Shown here one piece after another: positions 28,752-41,500 of a stretch of 46,180 nucleotides of DNA. This DNA is from Catajapyx aquilonaris (taxonomy: Eukaryota). The stretch lies in the NCBI GenBank assembly GCA_000934665.2, contig KZ538173.1, positions 62,001 through 108,180 of the forward strand, in the 5' to 3' direction. The notes beneath the pieces were generated by a model that ran no database searches, had not been told where the DNA came from, and saw nothing but the letters and a program-made list of their open reading frames with translations. Within the stretch, counting starts at the first letter, position 1. Each line of letters begins with the position of its first letter. The translations under genes and the position numbers were made by a program.

Positions 28752-28790
28752 TATAAATAAGAATTTACATTTCCTAAAAGTTGTAGTCGA
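28752..28790 (+). promoter_or_regulatory. Core promoter of the cuticular-like gene: TATA box plus initiator-like element
   Basis: TATAAATA at 28752-28759; GTAGTC (Inr-like, A at 28785) about 33 nt downstream, 10 nt before the ATG. Confidence 0.72.
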
Positions 28791-28794
28791 CATC

Positions 28795-28806
28795 ATGGAT
28801 AATATG
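28795..28806 (+). CDS. Exon 1 coding part (MDNM) of the putative cuticular protein gene
   Basis: catcATGGATAATATG|gtaagc, starting 43 nt after the first T of TATAAATA; consensus donor. Confidence 0.8.
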
Positions 28807-29818
28807 GTAAGCACACATTGACGGTGTCTGGTAAAGGCATATTATTTTTTTTTCAATTTGCGTATTTTCTGTGTAATGCCGGTGCTCGTACACAGTGGCT
28901 GACAGTGTTCCTGTGCCTCGCCGCATCTATAATCTGCAGTGTTTACGCTGGAGAATATGAAGAGCTTGAAGTATCGGAGGGCGTGAGTATTGGTTTTACG
29001 TAGTAACTTATAATAATCATGTACTTATTTGCATCTATAAAATGGGGCTTTTGTATAGGATAAATGCCTCCACAAAACTTGCTTGGTTTCAACATACCCT
29101 TAAAAATTCATTGTTATAGTTCGAGAAACCAGAGTAATTTTAAAACCAAGTTATATTTGACCATTTTAATTCAAAATATTAACTTAGAACTTAACTTAGA
29201 AATAAGTAGATTACTGCAAAAGATTTTTTCATGTTATGTGATAATTCGTATGTAATGATTAACGTCTTAATATTTTCTCTCCGTGGATCCTTTTGTATAC
29301 ACAACTTTCGCAGAATATAAGGTGAAGTAATCATTGATATCGTTGATATGAATATATTGCAATGCAGTACAGTACGTCCAAGATTCTGTTTCTGTCTCTC
29401 TGTCATAATATTAATGGGCCTAGTTAAATAAAGGTTCAGCGCGCTAGTCAGTCACATCTCGGTTTTTCTTGGCTATTCAATTGATTTTTTTGTGCCCGAT
29501 TTACAATTTTTGAAATTGATTATTATTAATTTACAGAAAAAAGAAATCCAGTATGTCCCATACGAAGTGAAGGTTCCAGTCTACAAGCACATACCGGTCA
29601 TCAAGCACGTGCCAGTAGTGAAACATGTTGCTGTACCAAAACCATTCCCTTTTCCAATCCCAATTCTGAAGCCAATCCCTCTAGTCAGAAAAGAAACAAT
29701 CATCAAGAAGGTCCCAGTCTACCACAAAGTGTATATCACCAAGGAGGTCCCTGTCATCAAGAAAGTACCGGTATACATCCCTGTCAAAGTCAAAGAAGAG
29801 AAGAAACACTGGCACTAA
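28795..29818 (+). CDS. Three-exon gene join(28795..28806,28896..28982,29537..29818), 126-aa secreted Val/Lys/Pro-rich low-complexity protein; putative cuticular protein (CPLCP/PV-rich-like, no R&R motif)
   Basis: ATG 28795 gives MDNM followed by the donor gtaagc (28807). An 89-nt intron ends cacag (28895). Exon 2 WLTVFLCLAASIICSVYAGEYEELEVSEG is followed by gtgagt (28983). A 554-nt intron ends ttacag (29536). Exon 3 KKEIQYVPYEVKVPVYKHIPVIKHVPVVKHVAVPKPFPFPIPILKP...KKVPVYIPVKVKEEKKHWH* ends at TAA 29818. Both introns are GT-AG phase 0 and join in frame. The N-terminus is a hydrophobic signal peptide ending V-Y-A. A very short first coding exon is typical of arthropod cuticle-protein genes. The family assignment rests on composition, not on a search. 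Confidence 0.9.
28896..28982 (+). CDS. Exon 2 (signal peptide plus acidic N-terminal segment)
   Basis: cacag|TGGCTG...GAGGGC|gtgagt; 87 nt, 29 codons, hydrophobic core LTVFLCLAASIICSVYA. Confidence 0.87.
29537..29818 (+). CDS. Exon 3 (93-aa K/V/P/I-rich repeat domain and stop)
   Basis: ttacag|AAAAAAGAAATC; lies within ORF 29492..29818. Peptide repeats are conserved while third codon positions vary (aaggttccagtctac, aaggtcccagtctac, aaagtaccggtatac = KVPVY). Confidence 0.93.
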   Translation, partial: KKEIQYVPYEVKVPVYKHIPVIKHVPVVKHVAVPKPFPFPIPILKPIPLVRKETIIKKVPVYHKVYITKEVPVIKKVPVYIPVKVKEEKKHWH

Positions 29819-30183
29819 ATGTAATTGAAAGTAGTGAAAATACATCATCTCGTGTTGTACTCCGAATTATTTCTGACTTTCTCCTGACCTACTCCAACTA
29901 ATCATTTCTGTTGCGTGAAACCCACTCATTTACAGCACGCACATTTCGCGAACATAGTAGGAATCCTAAGCCATCTGGTGTCGAGATGGCTAAAGCACAA
30001 ATTTGCCAGCTTCTGCAGAGATGGCGCACACATCCACGAGCCACCATCCGGTTCTAGAACCCCGGCATACCCATTTCATACCCTCTTTAGGGGGGTGGGA
30101 GGCCTAAAATACGCCCTAGTAATTAAATTCAAGCTACCTTCCAGGCTTACTACTGGCAACTGCAGCTAAGTCAAGCGTTGCAT

Positions 30184-30189
30184 AATAAA
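30184..30189 (+). promoter_or_regulatory. Candidate polyadenylation signal for the cuticular-like gene
   Basis: First canonical AATAAA I can see after the stop codon; variant signals (AATACA near 29839, ATTAAA near 30122) occur earlier. Confidence 0.3.
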
Positions 30190-33100
30190 ACCTCCCCATC
30201 TTTCAGCTCTGCGTGTCCCATCTAATTAAGCGGTTCGATGGCAGCCAAGTCACAACTCCGTGAGCAAATCAACACGGGAATGAGATCAAAGTACCGGCCT
30301 CCTGACTGTTTGCATGTACATTACTGGGAGCTTGGGGACTTTGAACATTCTGAAATTATATGCGTAAAAAAAAATGGGTTTAGAAAAACAGTAAATATGT
30401 GGTAACGCAATTCGGGTGTTCGAGGCCATTTGGCTCCGAAAATGGAGACTCCAGGAGACAGGGATTGAGAGAGAGCCAGTTTCAGACTGGATTAAGGACC
30501 AGTCCGGAGGCCTGAATCCCCATTTCTCTTCCCAAAAGAGGAACATGCCCCACCTTTTCCTCACTGCATTCCCAAGTTACTACTTCTCATCTCCACGCCG
30601 AATACGTGAGCAAAAGCTGATATATTCACCGATCCGGGCAAAAGTGAGTTAGAGGGACGTGAGGTACATGTTGATGGGTTCGATCCTAGCAAAAACTTAT
30701 GAATGTGCTAAAAATATTTTTTTAAACTGACATGTTTATGTACCGGTACTTGGTTTGTGGTTGTGAAAGAAAATTAACTATCATAATATACCCATACAAA
30801 AGGGCTACAATAAAATTTAATAAAAGTAATAGTTACAGTTTGATTAGGCCACATATACAAAAGCGTGACATAATTATGCAAAAAAATAACATTTTCCACA
30901 CATACTGTACTATTGCGTAATTTACAAATGACACTCCGGCATGGATTTTAAGTGGTACTTATTTACAAAGCTGTATACAAATTGCACTTACGGTTTACTG
31001 GTTGAGAAAGCAGCTTAAAAACTTTCCACGGTCAAAGCATTTCCAACGCTGAGTTTCAACTGCAGCTTAATTATCCGTGATGCGCAAATACCACGCATAT
31101 ACTACCTCTCTGGCTTGACTGATCCACAAAAAAAATTCATAAAAAATTGCTTCCAGCACCCCTAAAATATTCATGTGCTATTCCCAATTTTGCGGTCAAA
31201 TTAAGCCATGCAAAATCAACATTCAATTTCGTATTCCCGCATAATGATCGATGACACACTTCCTCATTATATAACACCCTACCACCTAAAAACTGTTCTT
31301 TTCCTCTTACCAAAAAAAAATCCCTGATTCCTAAATCAGCATTACTTGCGCATCAGATCCCAAAATTATGATTCATGCAACCAAAATGTACTAATCCTCA
31401 CCTGACCCCCCGAGCTACAATTTCACATAGCTACCCCAATCTCAGGTCGGAATTATCAATCCCCCCCCTACTCGCGTCATACATGCATTAAAGCGCGAAG
31501 TCATTAGCCTTCCTCCGATTAAAATGGAGCTCGACGAACAGGCGATTTGGAAAACTTCCGCAGATGGAAGAGTCCTTTCCCTCGCAGATTGCATGCAAGC
31601 CTAGACGAAAAGAGGGCCAAAAGGCTTTAGGGAGTCGTGGGACATGACCCAAAGTCGCCCGACTTTTTTCTAATGTGATTCCGTGACTGGAATGACTTCG
31701 CTTTTTTGCGTCATCTGTGTCGCTTGGCTGGCAGACGATGGTGGAAAAAAAGTCTACGATCTGGATCAAAATAATGCCTCTCACAAATTATAAAGAATGG
31801 AACCATTTTTCAAGGATTGAGCGATTTGAGCGGATCAGTGAGCAGGTGACTTTGACTGAATGAAAGCGTACACTCAAGCTGCACAGTAATTAGGAACTGT
31901 AAAGTGATTATAACATATTCTGTAATCCTGTCCTCATGTACAGTACAGTATACAGCTGTTTCAGCCACCTATTCACATCCCCGGTATTGAAATAAAACTA
32001 AAGCCACCCGAGGTATAATCCAGTTAGGCAAATCCATACCCATTTTTTAAACAATGCTAAAAAAAATAGAGGGCGCCCTAATGTTCCGCTCTTTGTTTCT
32101 CCCTTATTTGAGTGCAATGGTTGAGCAAACAGAATCAGCACCTCTCCTCGTTTTCCGTCGGACATGTCATATATTTTACTGCTCCCGGCTGGTAGAGGGG
32201 TCCATGCACATCATCGCAATCCTCTTTGTCATGTTTCCCTTCATCGTCGGTACTAATCGATCGCAAAATTAATTCCTAGTCTGGACCCCCCACCTCAACT
32301 GTGGAACAATAGCCGGACACACCCAGTTCCGTTATCCGGTGAGAGCCATGGGGCAAACCCGGCACATGGACATATCCGTTTAGTGATCCAGTTACACGTT
32401 CTGGACACTATCGCGTGTATAAATACGTGAAAGGGCGACTCCGCATGTGACGTCAGCAAATCACAGCGATCAAACGGTAGGAAAGGGAACTATATAATAT
32501 TTGCCTCGCGGCTCCGCAAACATCAGGACGTGTTAAAAACTGAAAGGGTTTGACACCACTTTGATGGGTCTCATTTCGAAGTGCTGGCAGAGAGCAACAC
32601 CCGCCGGAACCTGATCTATCATATGCCATCAAGATAATATTCCAACATGCTAATATCCCTCCCCAAAAAATGTACTTACCCGAAGGCCGCATCATGGCTG
32701 CGTCCCTCCCAGTAAGCTCCATTTCCACTTGGCATCTGTATTTTCAGCTCACCACCGCACTTTTACCGCACATCTGCAAAGACGCAAAGACAAGCTTTGA
32801 ACTAAAACAATTTTGCGGAGTCAGTCACAACTTTTCCTTGGTAATTACTGAGGGAAGTCTGGCCAAACAGTTCTGGGGAGTTTTGCAGTGGGTTTTGCAA
32901 ACTGTCAATCGGAGTTACCCCCTAGATTGTGCAGCGTGGTGAGGTTGGCGACGATTCAGACACACAGACCTTTCCAGCACCAAATTATCGTTTGGTCCCT
33001 GCGGGTATTGCAAACCCGTAATTAACCGGACGCCGCAGTTATAGCCACTGGCTTCGGGCAACAGGGACCTCAACCTAAAATCCAATATTCACAAGAGACG

Positions 33101-36100
33101 ATGGGGTACAAAATTTGCACTTAAGAGCTAGTTTCTTAAGTCCTAAAATAGGTATGAATAATGTCGCTAATTTGCGCTGGAAATTAGCTAAAATTAGATA
33201 TTTTTTTTCACCGCAGATTTATATCGATAACGGGTTTCCAGTGCTGACACCCAATTTTTAACCCGGTAATTAATCCCACATGAAATTAAACCGTCTGAGA
33301 AATGAAAAATTACATTACAGAAGCGTATAATTTTTCTGATAAATGCAAACTCGAGCTTCTACATCACATTATTTGTACCACCTTTTTTCATACTCTCATC
33401 CCAAGTCTTTGCCATCTTAGTACATGCCATTTTCAGCTTCAGAGACTTTCCTTCTTTCCTTTTACCTCCAGGCTAGCGTTTGCACTCAGACAGTAGCCTA
33501 TATTGATTTCCCAAACTCTGGTGGGGGAGTTGAAAGAAGAAGAAGAAAAAAAGAAAGTTAGGGAAGGAGACAAGGGAGAAAAGTAGAGGTTAAGTGGAGC
33601 ATAAGAAGGTTATTTTGTTAGACTGGAGCAACCGGCAATTAGGTTACACCGAGAGTGGACACCGTTTGTTCCATCTGCAATATTAGTTCTGCTTTGTTAA
33701 AGTAGTTGCATGTAGGCCTTTGTGAACAATATAATTAATTTGTTACCAATTATGTGTAGAACTAAGGTCGTATCCCATGTTTTTATTATAAAAGCTGTGG
33801 CTTAGATTTGGCACAGTTTCTTTCGCGATTCCAAAAATATCTTGACCACAAGCTTTTTCCAATGTGTTTTCATATCAATCGAAGAAAGGGCCCATTCGCT
33901 GAAAAAGAAAGAGGGACGACAATTTCTAGTTTATTTTTCCTTCTATATGGATGCCGAGTGACATTCCCATTCCGTTCCCAATTCTCTAGCCTTTTTCCAT
34001 CCCATCTTCACGTCCGAAAAAGGGAGATATACGTGCTGGTGGACCAGACGTGGGAAAAGCACTGAAAGGAAAATTGGCGAAAAGGTAGACACACTGTCAC
34101 TATTTTACGCGATTCTTACGAATCAAGGATATAAGAAAACATTGGAAATCGATAGTTTTGGAACGTCAAATCCAGAAATTGTGTGAGGTTTTCTCACAGA
34201 GTTTCTCACCGCATTGGAAAGTCATATGTAACCTACATATACAGTTGGACTCGAATGTTCAACAGGTGACGAAAGGAGCACACTCTTCATTACCCTGTAC
34301 CACTCTCAGAAGTTCATACTTGCACAACAATTTTGAAAATTCTTGCTGCGAAACACTAAACTTAATCCCCTTCGTCGTTATTGTGCTGAAAACTTCTTGT
34401 CGGACATAAAGGGTACAAACTTGATTAAACCCAGCTAAAAAGCGAAACCCTCATTTCCAGATCGTATATCCTGGGCTCTAAAAACTTTTTTCGCTTGTAA
34501 TTGGGATTTTTTTAGATACATCATAACCCAAAAGCCGTATCAAACTTGATCAGTCCATTATGACTGATCTGTCAGAAGCGAAATGTGCAATGTGATTTAT
34601 GCCACTCATTTGCAGATATACGATCCAGCACATTAATCATTTTAATGCACTCATTTTTTGGGAGGTAATGTCCAAGAAATATTTTTATATTTTGCTGGCA
34701 TAAGGCAAAATCCAAAATATCAATCCTTTCTTGATTACATGTCAGCACAACGACACAAAACATGATTTGTTCTGTTTGCTGTAACGATACGATCTAGGAC
34801 ATAAATCCTTTTTTAATACCAAAAAAAAAAGGTGTACTGTCTAGTGATGACAAGAACCTAATCTCAACCGAGAGAAACAGATGAGTAATCCTGAGAGAGA
34901 AAAAAAAGCACTTTTTCTTTGCTGACGCTTTTACAATACCTTCCTTCGGGAGTTCAAATGTGTCTTTGACAAGACTGGAAAAGTTGGAGTAGTAGTAGGC
35001 AATTCCTCCTAAGAGGTGGCATTCCCAGGAACACTTTCCAGTCCCAAGTCCCTCCAGCAGCCCTGTAATCTAGCTTGGAGTCGTGTCCTTGTGATCAAGT
35101 CAGCCAAGAGTTTCCTTTCCCAGGAGCCTCTTGGGATCTAGCCAACAAAACTTGCAACCGCTGGGTCAACTGAGAAGGTGGCTCCCGGAAGAAATGGGTT
35201 CCACAGACCCCATCGCCTTTCAAGCCACGACACGTACGCTGGCAAAAATTTTGTGGGCACCCCAAAAGCTCTGACCACTTTTGGTCATCTAGCGAGTTCA
35301 GAATTCAAACCACCAGGCGCCTGCTTCTTCAAAGGGGATGGCCCTTTACACTCGACCGCTCTTCTGAGGGCCTTTTCAGCTATCGCACCTCACATACACT
35401 CCTGAATTCTGTACATTTTTGTGCTGACTGGCTCTTTAAATTTGGTCAAATCTCAACATGGGAGGTATCGGAATTATATTGCTTTGGTGGTGAAATACCA
35501 TTTAAACGTGACACCTTTTAAAAATTGCGGTGGATTACATCAGTTCATACACACTGTAATTGCTGTTGAATTGTGCGGAATAAGCCTGTCTCACAGCCAC
35601 TGCGCGCTAAATAAACTAAAGTTATCACCGACATTTGATACGTCCCGCTCTCAAAGTTTCAGACCTGAACTTTAAGGCTGATTTAAACTTATGTCTTCAT
35701 TTCTTCAACTTTGATGCGGTAACAACAAAGAGTTATAACTGGCTATTGATCTCGCTTGAGGGGAGATGGCAAGTGAAATGTTTGGTACGCTTACTTTCCT
35801 GGCAGCCTCTCTAGTCTCAGCTGGATGCGTGGTATGCCAAGCATTCTCCTTTCATTATGGCCACGTCTCCCATCGATCCAGCCTTGAACATCAGATCACT
35901 ACCCGGTAGAAGAAGACGGATCTTGTTTCGGATGTGACGTCACCAGGATTTCAACGGTCCATTTCTCAAAAGCAAAACAGGGTTTTGGGAAACTAATGAG
36001 ACTCTGAAAGTAGGCCTACTGGCACAAAAAAAATAATTGAAGGACCAAATAGGAAGGTCGCAAAAAGCTTTTTCCCTTCATCTCTGTCTCGAAGCCGAAG

Positions 36101-38483
36101 CCGATTAATATAGACGTGAGAGAGGCATCAAAGGCTTTTCCTAGCTTCAATGACGAGAGTGCGCGTTCCTATCTGGGCCATCTCTCAAAAATTCCTGCTA
36201 AAATACACGCTGGACGGAATAATCAAGTGAGTTCCGCCGTTCGGGAGGGTTAAGCATGGCTCGATGATGGCTGCCATTAATAACCAATTTTTATGGCTTG
36301 GCACAGCCTGATGGCATCAAACGGGCTTCTGGTTCAATGTTACTCTTGCTTTTATCTGTAGTCATATTGAAAATTTTCAAACATTTTGGTGTCATTTGTG
36401 CTAATTGTAATAATGCGCCAGACATATTATCAATTTTGCATCTTGCAAAAAAAAATTCATATGTAACAGACAAGTGAAAAATCTTCCCAGCTTAAATAAT
36501 GTACACACACCTCCCCCCATTTCATCCTTTAGTACCGTTATAATCCTAGCTTAAAAACGTTCATCAGCATAGTCCTCGTTTTTCCTCTGCTGGTGGTGGG
36601 TTTCATGTCCGCTGAGAGCAGAGACGGACGAGCCATGAACCTGTTTTATTCCTAGAATTTTGATAAAACCGTCAGTCAGTAGCGATGCTGACGTGCTTCG
36701 GATTTGAAATGGGAACAAATGATGCAACATTTCCCTGGATTTCAAGAAAATCTGGCAGACCAAAAATCGACACACTTGAACTACACTAGGTATCGACAGT
36801 TTGAACTTTAACATGCTGAAACTGTTGTAACTAGCATCAAACGCCACTCATAATTTAAACTCAATCAAAAGAGCTGCAAGCGCGTGAAGCAAAAGTCAAA
36901 TCAAAAAACCCGGTTAATTAAAGCTTACACTACCCGTATCATCAGCAATGATTGAATACAATCTGGTTGGTTGTGCAACACACAACAAACTGCCTGTGAA
37001 CCGCTAATTGCTAGTGGGCGTAACATTGTAGATTTAGAACCAACCCATGTGGTGTCGGGAGGTAGCGGGTCGTGACAAGCAAAGGATTTGGAGTGCCTTG
37101 AGCCCAAATGGATGTCGCGGACACTATCACCTGTCGCCAGTCCGTTGCTGCAGGAAGAGGAAAAAGGCTTTTTGGGTCCGTCGACTCAGGCGGATCCTCT
37201 CATCTGGAAGCGCAAACACGGTGCACCCGTTAGAAAGGTGCTAGTGTCTACCTCTTACGCATCGTTCCAGGCACTTCAGCAAGGATAATTAGCCACGGAT
37301 GCGATCCTTACTCCGCCATTACGTAGATTAACTACCACGTGACTGCAGCTGTAGCGTCTCTGCTCGTGACATACTATATCATGGGCGGAAGAGTGCTTTT
37401 GATGAATATGAAGATTTTTTTTTTTGTAGGGTCGTACCCCTAGGGTGATTTGCGATAGAGAGGGAGTATAAAGCATAAACAGCTGCTAATGGAGTTGATT
37501 TGAAAAAAACTAGAACTGATCAATGAATTTTGGGAAGTAGGGCTAGAAAGCAAGTGATGAATGAGGGAAGACCGAAAAATAATATGAAGAGCAGTTTTTC
37601 CATTATTGATGGTTATATTGAAAAGTTGTGATGGATAGTCTGATGTTAATGATAAAGAAAGTTGGAAATATTGATCAGAAAGTGCAACATTGAGTGATTG
37701 ATTCACATATTACAACAAGTATGAGCAGAGTTTGGAAGAACTTACCCGCTTTTGCATTTTCACATTAAGTGCACTTCTATGAAACTATTCCGTATCTCTT
37801 GCATGCTGATCCCACTGACTCTTTTTTATTCAGGTTGATAAAGTCCTCCTAGAAATGAAATTGAGAGACAAAAAAAAGAGTGGGTGCCATGAATTCAAAA
37901 CGAAGCTTTGCAAAAAAGTTTACGCCGACTCCTCGCATCTGCCTCTATAACCCTGCGGCCTCTCTGACTCCTGCAAAAGTGGAAACTTTTCTTTGAATAG
38001 GCACTCCTTACGCCCCCACCATCCGCAATTTTCTCATTGGGAACCTCGCCGAAAATCAGCTTCTCCAACAAACTATTTTCCCGCCTCTTTTCACAATGGA
38101 ACAGCTGCAATGAGCGCTGGAGAGAAAGACTCTGCCCTTGCCAACACAAAAAAGCAGCTCTATGTGCAGAAAGCCTCTGTAGCATCCCCATGTTGCTTCA
38201 TCTCTGAAAAGGGGCCACCTAGCCTCGAGGTTGATAATGAGTTTCTGCCCCAAGAAGCGGGGGTGGGCCTCCATTGTGATTCCCAGCAGTCATTGCCTGG
38301 CAACCCTAACGCTTGCATCGGCTGCTTTCCACCAACATCAAAAGTGGCTACATGCTGCCAGCTTCTAAAATTGAAAAGGTGTATCGCCTTTGTTGTCGTC
38401 GCATAAATTAAGCTGGAAGTAACACGTAGCTTGATATGCGGTCAGGCAGACATTTTCTAACAGGAAAATGGGCACGTCATCAA

Positions 38484-38525
38484 CCCCCCCTGGCCCCTGC
38501 ACCCCCCTGCACCCCCTGCACCCCC
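38484..38525 (-). repeat. (CCCCCTGCA)n short tandem repeat; G-quadruplex-competent on the minus strand
   Basis: Five C-runs of 4-7 nt separated by tgg or tgca. Confidence 0.75.
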
Positions 38526-41500
38526 TTTTAAAAATGGCTGCCAAAATTGTTTACGCTTCTGCCCAGTGCCCGCAAGGGATTGGTCTAAAAAAATTGGGAG
38601 AACTCTTGTTGGCATTGGGCTAGCAAAAGAGGATCCATGCTAGTGGAAGGTAAAAGGAAAATTCGCCCGAAGGTCCTCAGTCTCTCTTCAATCCCGCCAT
38701 CGGATCCCCAGATAACGCTTCTAACAGGAGGGAAATGAAGTTAATTCTCTCTCCCATTTGATAATCCCTGTTCGAAACGCAAAGGGAATTGCCAGTGGGA
38801 GAGACTAGCCCAATTTGGCGCCGGTCTCCTCCACTTTCTTCGTGGATTGACCGTCGCAGGAAATAAAATTACCGGTAGCCCCCCCGCTTTTATCCAGAGA
38901 GTCGTCTAAAATTGGGGGACTTTTTTGCATCTGAAAATTACGCCACTCTAGGCACTATGCTTAATCCGTTTTGGTCCCACACGGCGGTTAACAAGAGAGA
39001 GTAAATTAAACTATTTGACTCTTCTGGATTTACCAAGAGATGAGAAGCTTCTTTGCTATGGATGTAGGTTGCGGTATTGCAGGTTGGAAGTTCAAGTTTC
39101 GAGGTGACTGCCCTAACCGTAGACTGTAACATCTTTTGCGCTATTGAGCACGAGAGGCTTCAGTTTGAACGATGCCTTACGTACTGTAGGGACTAGCTGG
39201 GGGATTATTTTCTATTGAGTTGGTTACCCACTGAACATTGTCCCATGAAACAAGATGCGCGAGAGGAAGCCATCCACCTGCATAAAATGCCTGCACAATA
39301 TTTCATCTCCGTGGGAGGCGTTTAAATCATGTTGTTACAACTTTACAGAAACTTTCGTCGACGGAATAAAAGACCTTGTGTTGTAGTTGTGTTTAGCTGT
39401 TAGTTACTGGAAAAGGGGATGAGGACTGACCCAACCTTTACAGGTCCTACAGCCCGATTCCCACAGTTTATTTGAAAAGCGCAACACTACAATATTAGAT
39501 CTGTTAGTTACTGTACTTCGTCTTTATTGGCGCTAAAGCCCCCAATGGAAGACCTATTAACAATGCAAGTGCGGGTTGCCTCGCCTCGGCCACTGGTTCG
39601 CCCCTGTCCAACTGGAAGGATGGAGGTTACATAGGATCAGTGCTCCGGTGTGTTCATTATGAAAGCTCGTTCTCGTATGGAGGTGCCTATAGGAGTGACA
39701 AAGGTGACAAGTGCGAGGCAGTCTTGGATCGCCGCTGGTAATAACAATATAATAATAGAAGAGATGGGGATATAGACCCTTATGACAATGTTTGATCTCG
39801 GTCTTGATATTAAAAATGATTTTTAATTTGAAAGTGAAAAGTACGGTGGATCTTATCATTCCAGTGGGATATGAATAAAATTAGGCAGTATCGCAATAAA
39901 CTAAAGATTGCTTGAGTATGGAAGCCAATTAAGTTGACTAAGCTAAATTAAAGCATCAAAATCAATATACCGTTCCTCTCAATATTTTGAAGCACTCGTT
40001 GCAAGTACCGTAACGATAATTTTATTGAAAGATCTGATAATTGCAAATGATAACGTTTAAAAATCCAATAATTAATCACAAACACATAACACTTCTGTAA
40101 AACTATAAAATCGACTTACAAATCCCAAGTGTCATAATTATTCTTGTCATATGATGATTTAACTTCTTTTTTGGTCTACGACACACATTTTCCGTATAAA
40201 AAATTCATTGAACTCCACTGGTACCGTATATCTAATGAAACCGAACTTACAGCCGGTTAACATTTAAAGGGCATGCGAGACAAACGCTTCATCCAATATA
40301 ATACTGTAAGCCGTTCAAAGAAGGAAGTTTTCGTGGTATAACTTATAAATAGCCCCTACAAGATTAATCAAGAGCGACAAGGGCGTCCGAGACTGGAGTA
40401 GTGCTGTAAACTTAATTACGCTCGCTGTTTATATGATGAAGGTTGTAAAGCCACTACCAATGGAATAGTGTGCTTTGAAGCGACAAGTTCAAAGAAGGTC
40501 TCATCTTCCTGTAATTACATCCAGCTCCCAACCATCTGATGTCTTAAATTATACAATCGATAGCACCATAAGTTAATCAAGTTCTGCCACTATTTAATAC
40601 CTCGCTACGAGAAAATGGGTCAGTTCGTTTCGATCAAATTGACTTCATCATAGCAAAATCCGATCGGTTTTTGTAGGTCCAAAACCAGGCTCAGATTCTG
40701 TTTTTAATTACTGAGGAAACTGTGCACCTTCAACGTGGGCAAATTACCTCCCTGCAAAAAGCTTTGATGCTTTTTTCTGTATTTTTGCTCCTTGAATTTC
40801 ATAACGTCATGTCTCGCACTGTACAGAAAAAACTTCCCCAGGCCCTTTCCATCCACGTAGAAAGTAAATGCTGCGCAAAACACGGGCAAACTTTCATGTT
40901 GTTTACAGTTTTGTTTTATGGCATCCTCAGGTGAACTTTTGCATCTGCAAAAAGTGGCGCAAATGGTGCAACTTTGAAAGTCTGCCCCAACTTTCAGTAC
41001 CGTTCATATTTGAGGATGTACCAGGTCGTCACGCCCGCGTAACTATTGCTATCGGAGCCATTTTTCCCCGTTAGAATATTTCCAGATCCCACATTCGGTA
41101 CTGAAACGACCTGGCGTCAGTACCACAAGCACTAAGGTTGCTTCTTGTTGAAGAGGCACTTTCCGTTTCTGATGGTAGACATCGATCTACAGAGAGGCAG
41201 AGAAGCCCCAGCCATAAAAGCCACACCTTGACTCCTTCCACAGGAACTCACTGGATTTGCAGCCAGGATTTACCGCCTAGATTACTTTCCGCAAAGTAGT
41301 TTCCAGAGAGAAAGGACTGTGCCGTTGACTTGCACCGAGCCTGATTTTCCGCCAGGTTCGCCTTCCTCGAACACCAATTAAAACCGGTCCCCCATCTTTT
41401 AAAGAAAAGTGCTAGGCAATATTCTAGGAGAATGTGTTCTTGGCTCTCTAAGGCTGCAAAAAAAGTACAATCCTGTTGAATTACAGATATACAAGAGTGC

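Noticed and set aside
29492..29536. N-terminal extension of ORF 29492..29818 (MPDLQFLKLIIINLQ)
   Set aside because: GTG start within AT-rich intron sequence ending in a canonical ttacag acceptor; the true exon starts at 29537
36551..36640. Possible minus-strand terminal exon (VHGSSVSALSGHETHHQQRKNEDYADERF*)
   Set aside because: The acceptor lacks a pyrimidine tract, no upstream exons were found, and there is no recognisable homology
37993..38406. Longest ORF in the track (137 aa)
   Set aside because: Non-ATG start, no recognisable domain or codon pattern, no convincing splice sites; this length is plausible by chance in 46 kb over six frames
39557..39760. GC-richer stretch with several open frames
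   Set aside because: None of the frames I translated resembles a known protein or reverse transcriptase, and no usable splice pair was found
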